Below, piece by piece: positions 57,760 through 64,000 of a stretch of 64,000 bases of DNA. The first letter of the stretch is position 1. Each line of letters opens with the position of its first letter. The DNA is from Eledone cirrhosa. Its lineage: Eukaryota. The stretch covers positions 52,452,001-52,516,000 of the forward strand of contig OZ024744.1 of NCBI GenBank assembly GCA_964016885.1. Direction: 5' to 3'. Position numbers and translations under genes: made by a program. Below the pieces are notes generated by a model. It did no database searches and was not told the origin of the DNA. It was given only the letters and a program-made list of their open reading frames with translations.

Positions 57760-57848
57760 GTACTTCAAAATGACAAACAAACGCATGAGTCAATGGTACA
57801 TAGTGTTATTAGCTACACGCTTGGTGAGAGAGGGGAGGTGGAGGAGGG

Positions 57849-57936
<88 letters not shown>

Positions 57937-58098
57937 TATAAATAAACATATATATATGAATATAAGTATATATACATTATATATACATTATATATACATG
58001 TATATGTATATATATACACACATATATATATGCATATATATGTATATATATACATACATATATATATATGTATATATATATGTATATATATATATATT

Positions 58099-58139
<41 letters not shown>

Positions 58140-58630
58140 GTACATATATAAATATGTATATCCACACAACCACACACACATATATATATATATATATCTT
58201 TCTTTCTTTTTTTTCTTTCTCTATCTTTATTACTAATATTATTATTGATGCTATAATTTGAAATTTGTAGATTTGCCGTTTATATATTTTATATAACAGT
58301 TTCTGATGACATGATTGAGCTAGCATCGTATTTAAAATTGAGTGGCACTGCTTCTAGTGTTCAGCAATTTTTAGACAACTGAATCAGAGAAACAATTGTT
58401 GGACTGTAAATAAATTCCCCCTATTTTGTACTGTTGACTATGTTATTCTTCACTTTATCAACTTTATTACTCCAAGATAACTTACATAGGAATACAAGTT
58501 AAATCATAAACTCGCCATCTTCATAAACCTCTTGTTGAGTCAAGCAATGACGTACTCTAAAACTATCCATAATAATAAGTATTCACAACCACTAACTAGA
58601 TTACCTATAACGATATGTTGTTTTCCTTTA

Positions 58631-58774
<144 letters not shown>

Positions 58775-58842
58775 CATATATATATATACAGAAGGTGTAG
58801 CATCAATGGATATATATATATATATCCATTGATGCTACACCT

Positions 58843-60035
58843 TTTGTAGCCAGCCTACTCTGGTTGAATATTGATGGAAAAGGGAGTTTGTTGCTGCCGT
58901 TCTTATTTGTGCCTCGCCTAATGCTGTGGGTTTATCCGGGTCCTTGGTCAGCAGTATTTCGAGATGTTTCTTGAAAAGATGCACGCCGTCTAGATCTCTC
59001 GGAATTTTTTGGCAGATTATTAAAAAAGTGGTGTCTTTTGAACCGCAGGCTATTGCAGTATGCAGTCCTATTCTCGATGCGACGGATGGTATCTTTGACA
59101 CTACAGAGTGGTATCCTTTTCGTTCCTGTCTTCCATACAGAAGTTTGATGCTAAAAATATGAACGTATAATACTGCGTATCGAGGGAGTGAAGTTTCTCC
59201 CGAGAACTCATCTCTTTCATTGAGGCAAACTTGTTGGTATAGATTCGTTGGATTGCTTCAAGTTCTGCAGTTAGTTCGATACTGTGAGGTGACCATCGCT
59301 AAGAGCAATAGTCCAGTCGGCCGAAGACGAAAGTCTATCAGAAGACCAACATAATTTCCGCGTGTTGTCCTGAATATCCTCAGAATCCAACCCGTCAGTC
59401 TTCTGTACTTTGCCGTCATTTTGGTGATGTGTGCATGAATGCATGACACGATGCATCATTGCTTATGTCAATACCCAGGTCCTGCATTGATTTTGACTCT
59501 GGTATTTTGATTACTTCTGGCCCAGTGTACCGTTGCTGTGGTGGTCCTGTGTTTCTGGGTTGGTAGCGGAGGGTTTGAAACTCACCTGCATTAAATTGCA
59601 TACTGTTGTCTTCATTCCATCCATATATGGCATCTAAATCATCTAAGTGAGGATCATCAGTCAGTTTCTTGATTGTCTGTGCTACTTTCATGTCATCAGC
59701 TTAGCTTGTGAGGGCATGTTTGAGAGAGTCACCACAAATAGTGACCCCGAGATGGTTCCCTAGAGCATGCCACTTGTTTTTGACGTTTCCTTTGAGAGGA
59801 TCACGTTGGCTGCAACAGTCTGGCTTCTGTCTTATAAGAAGTCATGAAGCCATTCACCTAGTTTTCCAGCTATCCGGGTGAGTGTCAGTTAGAAGATCAT
59901 GTTCCTCAAGAAAAGTGATGAGGTCAGGGAGACAGCTCTGTCATTATTAGCAACTGCTCTGCTTCCTCCTTTATGTGTAGGAGATATTATGACTTCTTTT
60001 AGTTTTCCAGGTAGTTTACCACTTACAAAGGACCT
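58843..60035 (-). pseudogene. Decayed CR1/L2-group LINE RT fragment
   Basis: [49 protein letters not shown] and GWILRIFRT in minus frames. Confidence 0.8.
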
Positions 60036-60083
60036 TTCATATGTGTGTGTGCATATGTGTGTTTGTGAGTGTGTGTGTGTAAC

Positions 60084-60117
<34 letters not shown>

Positions 60118-60123
60118 TGTATG

Positions 60124-60157
<34 letters not shown>

Positions 60158-60171
60158 TATATATGTATATG

Positions 60172-60332
<161 letters not shown>

Positions 60333-60424
60333 TTCATCTGAATCATTGAGCACTTGCCACACATCTCGGAGGTTGTTTTTCGTTATTTCGTGGGCCGAAA
60401 TGCGAATCTCGATAATTTATGTTT

Positions 60425-60499
<75 letters not shown>

Positions 60500-60502
<3 letters not shown>

Positions 60503-60640
60503 GCAAGCAGAAATAACAAACCAAATGACACAGTACAATGAACAGATATATTATTTTTACGCTTGATAGTAGGAAAAGTGTCTTAGCGTGTCGGAAGCGA
60601 CTCCTTCATCAGAAAAGAGAATGAGAAGTGAAAGAATAGA
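60500..60640 (-). mobile_element. Family E fragment with mutated hammerhead (60581-60616)
   Basis: Minus strand CTGATGA-AGGAG-TCG-CTTCC-GACAC; flank GCAGAAATAACAA..ACAGTA..ACGCTTGATA resembles 6385-6453. Confidence 0.65.
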
Positions 60641-61019
60641 AAGGTAGAAGAGAGGCAGAAGAGAGGTAAAAGAGAGGCAGAAGCGAAAAGAAATGTATTT
60701 GAGAAAAAAAAACTGGTCTATTCAGATCGCCATCTCTTGAAAAACTGTAGAATATTGCATTGGTATATAAGACGATATATAAGCTGTTCGTGTTTTAAGA
60801 CGAATACAAACATGCATACATACGCACATACATACATGCTTATACACATACATATATTCAATTAGATATTCTCACGATATCTACAACATTCAAAACCTGT
60901 AAAACTATCTTAGGATTCAAATGTCAACGGAAATTTCCTTTTCTATATATCATAATCTCTGGGAAGGTGGTCGGTTAAATGTATTATATTCGAAGCAAAG
61001 ACGAGACGACACACATATA

Positions 61020-61192
61020 TACGTAGGGTCGGACGCCATGCTTTGACGCATAAAGTTACGGCCCTTTACATTCTGAGCTCAAATCCCGCCGAGGTTAACT
61101 TTGCCTTTCATCCTTACGAGGTTCGATAAAATAAAGTACCAGTAATGCACTGATATAATTGCTGGCCTTGTTCCAAACGTAGAAACAACAAT
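61020..61192 (+). mobile_element. tRNA-derived SINE (main family)
   Basis: Conserved body. Confidence 0.85.
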
Positions 61193-61379
61193 TATATACT
61201 TACATACATAGATTTATGCATACATACACACGCGTACATACATACATTCTTGCATGCATACATGCATATGTGCACACACACACACACACACAAACCGGCG
61301 GACACGCATACATACAAACACATTCACATGCACACACGCACACACACAGACATACACACACATACACACATGCGCGCGA

Positions 61380-61422
<43 letters not shown>

Positions 61423-61885
61423 CATATACATTCAAGCAAACACATGTGTGTGAATATACATGTATATTTATGTTTTCTGTTTGTTTATGATCAGAGTTTC
61501 CAATATGTCAGCGTTCGTTGAAACGACAAAGCGTTCTATGAATCATCAACTCCGAAAGATAAAAAAAAACTCTACCACCGTTTGTTCCCACTAAAGTATA
61601 TTTGTCATAGGATTTATTAATTGCTCTTCTTAACAACCCCCATTGTTGCTTGGATGATTTTATCGGAATTCAATCTTTTCAAAGCCGACTATGGGCTCTG
61701 TGGATATCTCACTACCTTGATGTACTATTTTCTACTGAAGAATCGCAAAAGATGTGATTTCGTCCTTCCTTTCCCTTCTATTAGTTATGGGGTTCCCACA
61801 AAATCTCAATACAGCCATTCTTCAATTGACAGAAACTATAAACAAAAACCAGCTATCTATCTATCTATATATCTCTCTATCTATC

Positions 61886-63387
61886 GACCGGACGTGCGAT
61901 AGATCGTTGGTAAGTTTTTGTAAAATGTTCTATACAAAAACATAATTTATTGTGTGAAAATTTATATTGTTTGATAGATGAACACCCAGGCTGAATTGTC
62001 AGCTGGGTGGTAATCTCAGTTTTCGCTCCTGTGCGGCGGAAATTTAATTAAACAAATTATTGAAAATTTAAAAATGTTCCTAACTGTAATAATGTGTGAC
62101 GTTGACAGCGAAAAGAGAGGGAAAGAGGCAGATACAAGCGTTATATCTCCCTCTATTTCCATAGAAGTATCTATGGAGACAAACAACAACAAAATTTCGT
62201 TTCGTAAATAAATGGGTATTTGCACAATAAAAGATGAAAATAACAGCCCACAACAGACACCAAAAAATGCAGAAAATGCAGAAATTGAAACAATTAACAC
62301 AACTGCACACGAAAAAACCAACAACAACAAAAATGAAAAAAACAACATTCGCACAGAGTGTAATAAAAAAAACAACAGAATATAAAGAGTTGGACATCAG
62401 CAATTCAAGACAGATGTCTGATGCGAGACAATTTAGAACATTTGAAGAAAAGGGTGGGTTTCAAATAAACTGATCCTTGGAAATTAAACAAGAAACAGTT
62501 CGAAGAACGGTAACCTTCAGAACTGTCTCAAATCAAATAAAAAAGCCGGTATTCCTCAGTCAAGGGGAAATTGAAACTACCTTGAAAGAGGCTCTGCCGG
62601 ACATTGATTTTATGCAGAGGGCCAGACTATATGGAAATATTTCGGTACTTTTTAAAAGCGAGACCCTCGCACAAAAGCATTCTGTTACACCAGTCATCAC
62701 AAAAAACACACACATTTTTCCCTACTTACATGGGAAAAAGAACACAAAAAATTAAAATAATTAACATACCACCAAACATCAACATTTGGTGGATCTTAGC
62801 AGGGTTCATAGAGCCAGAAAGTGACACAATTCTTTCGGTCAGGAAGTCGGCCAGACAAAGGTGGGCGGGTACCAATTTGGAGATTCTGGTGCAGATGAGG
62901 CCGGAGAGAATCTCCAAAATCTCTGAAAAGGTCCTAGTCGACAACAACAACTACATTAACATTTCGGTTGAGGGACGAAAACCACATAGCTTTCGCTGCA
63001 ATAGCACCACACATCTAAATGCCTCCTGCCCATTACAAACACGCTCAACCAAAACAATCCAAATGTAAACACTGTTACCAACACCAAAATAACCACCACC
63101 ACAACAACAACAACACACGAAAGAAGCAAACACACCAAAACAAAAAGCCACTCAACCAACAACAACAGAAAAAACACAGACAACACCCCTGAAGAACACA
63201 GCACCACTCCATCAAACACTACCACAAACACACACGCCGAAAACCACCGCCACACAATATACCCCTACCCCACACTCCTGACGATGATTATTCACGAACA
63301 GATGAGGCTTCTTCTTCTTTAAGTGAAGAAGGAGAGCCTCGAAAATCTAAAAAAAAAAAAAGAGACACCACAAAACCCCCAAAACTC
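61886..63387 (+). mobile_element. Tx1-like copy 6: 5'UTR plus disrupted, diverged ORF1; 3' part absent
   Basis: FFPTYMGKRTQKIKI..NIWWILAGF..LVQMRPERI..VEGRKP and NIPLP match copy 2 ORF1; preceded by (TATC)n at 61852-61885. Confidence 0.88.
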
Positions 63388-63890
63388 CTAGCTTTCTAGC
63401 AACCAGCCTACCCGCCGTAAGCAACCAATCACATTCTTTCCAACTTGACCACGGCCATATTGTGATTCTAAGCCATTTTCGAATCTAATTTTGGCGCGAT
63501 CGCTTTGGAATACTAAGTGTCTATTTTTGAGTTTGTCTCCTGATGAATCCGAACTCTGTGGATTTCCTATTAATTGGATATCTAAAAATACGGATGAAAT
63601 CATGGTAGAGATATAGTTACGGTATGTACACATTTCTTCTAAGTTTGAATTTACACCAAATTATGTATGGTTGATTGTATATTTGGTCAGTTTCTACATG
63701 CTGTCGAAATGTTGGATACATACTCTATTGAGGCCACCGCGAAGAGGCCACTTTCGTTTGTTTGTCGGAGATTTCTTCATAGGAGCCTTTATCCTTAGAG
63801 CTTGGTCTAATTGATTTTTTATATGGTTAATTATGCTGATTGGCAGAGGAAGTGATATATATTTTATTTATCTAATAATTCTATAGACAT
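63388..63890 (-). other. Possible decayed retroelement coding fragment truncating copy 6
   Basis: Semi-open minus frame with a KWPLRGGLN motif like the post-RT GGL box; family not recognised. Confidence 0.25.
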
Positions 63891-63898
63891 GATTTATG

Positions 63899-63939
<41 letters not shown>

Positions 63940-63955
63940 TCAATATCCATATATT

Positions 63956-64000
<45 letters not shown>

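Noticed and set aside
63540-63570. CTGATGA plus stem (also CTGAAGA at 61735 and on the minus strand near 27513-27519) as hammerheads
   Set aside because: No GAAA/stem III/NUH follows the stem.

Overview
Eukaryotic, very AT- and microsatellite-rich intergenic or intronic DNA. I find no supportable host protein gene; almost all ORFs in the track are microsatellite translations. The SINE family and (TA)n density look cephalopod/octopus-like (inference). Three things dominate. (1) A head-to-tail array of five L1-clade Tx1-like non-LTR retrotransposon copies at 36.5-53.3 kb, plus a sixth ORF1-only copy at 61.9-63.4 kb. Every copy is bounded by (TATC)n/(GATA)n. The five array copies end at AATAAA(A)GAAAC with no poly(A), and in the two copies that keep the ORF1-ORF2 junction ORF2 is bracketed by a consensus splice donor and a candidate acceptor. 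(2) Several unrelated families of short elements, mostly in (TA)n tracts, carry type I hammerhead-ribozyme folds. These include core variants (U4A, U3-A8) and fold-back ends, most consistent with Penelope-like pseudo-LTR derivatives. (3) A 7 kb (GTGTA/GTGTG)n satellite. There are also tRNA-derived SINEs, degenerate HERO, RTE and CR1-type LINE fragments, and a MITE. All structures were read by eye; no folding, alignment or database search was run.
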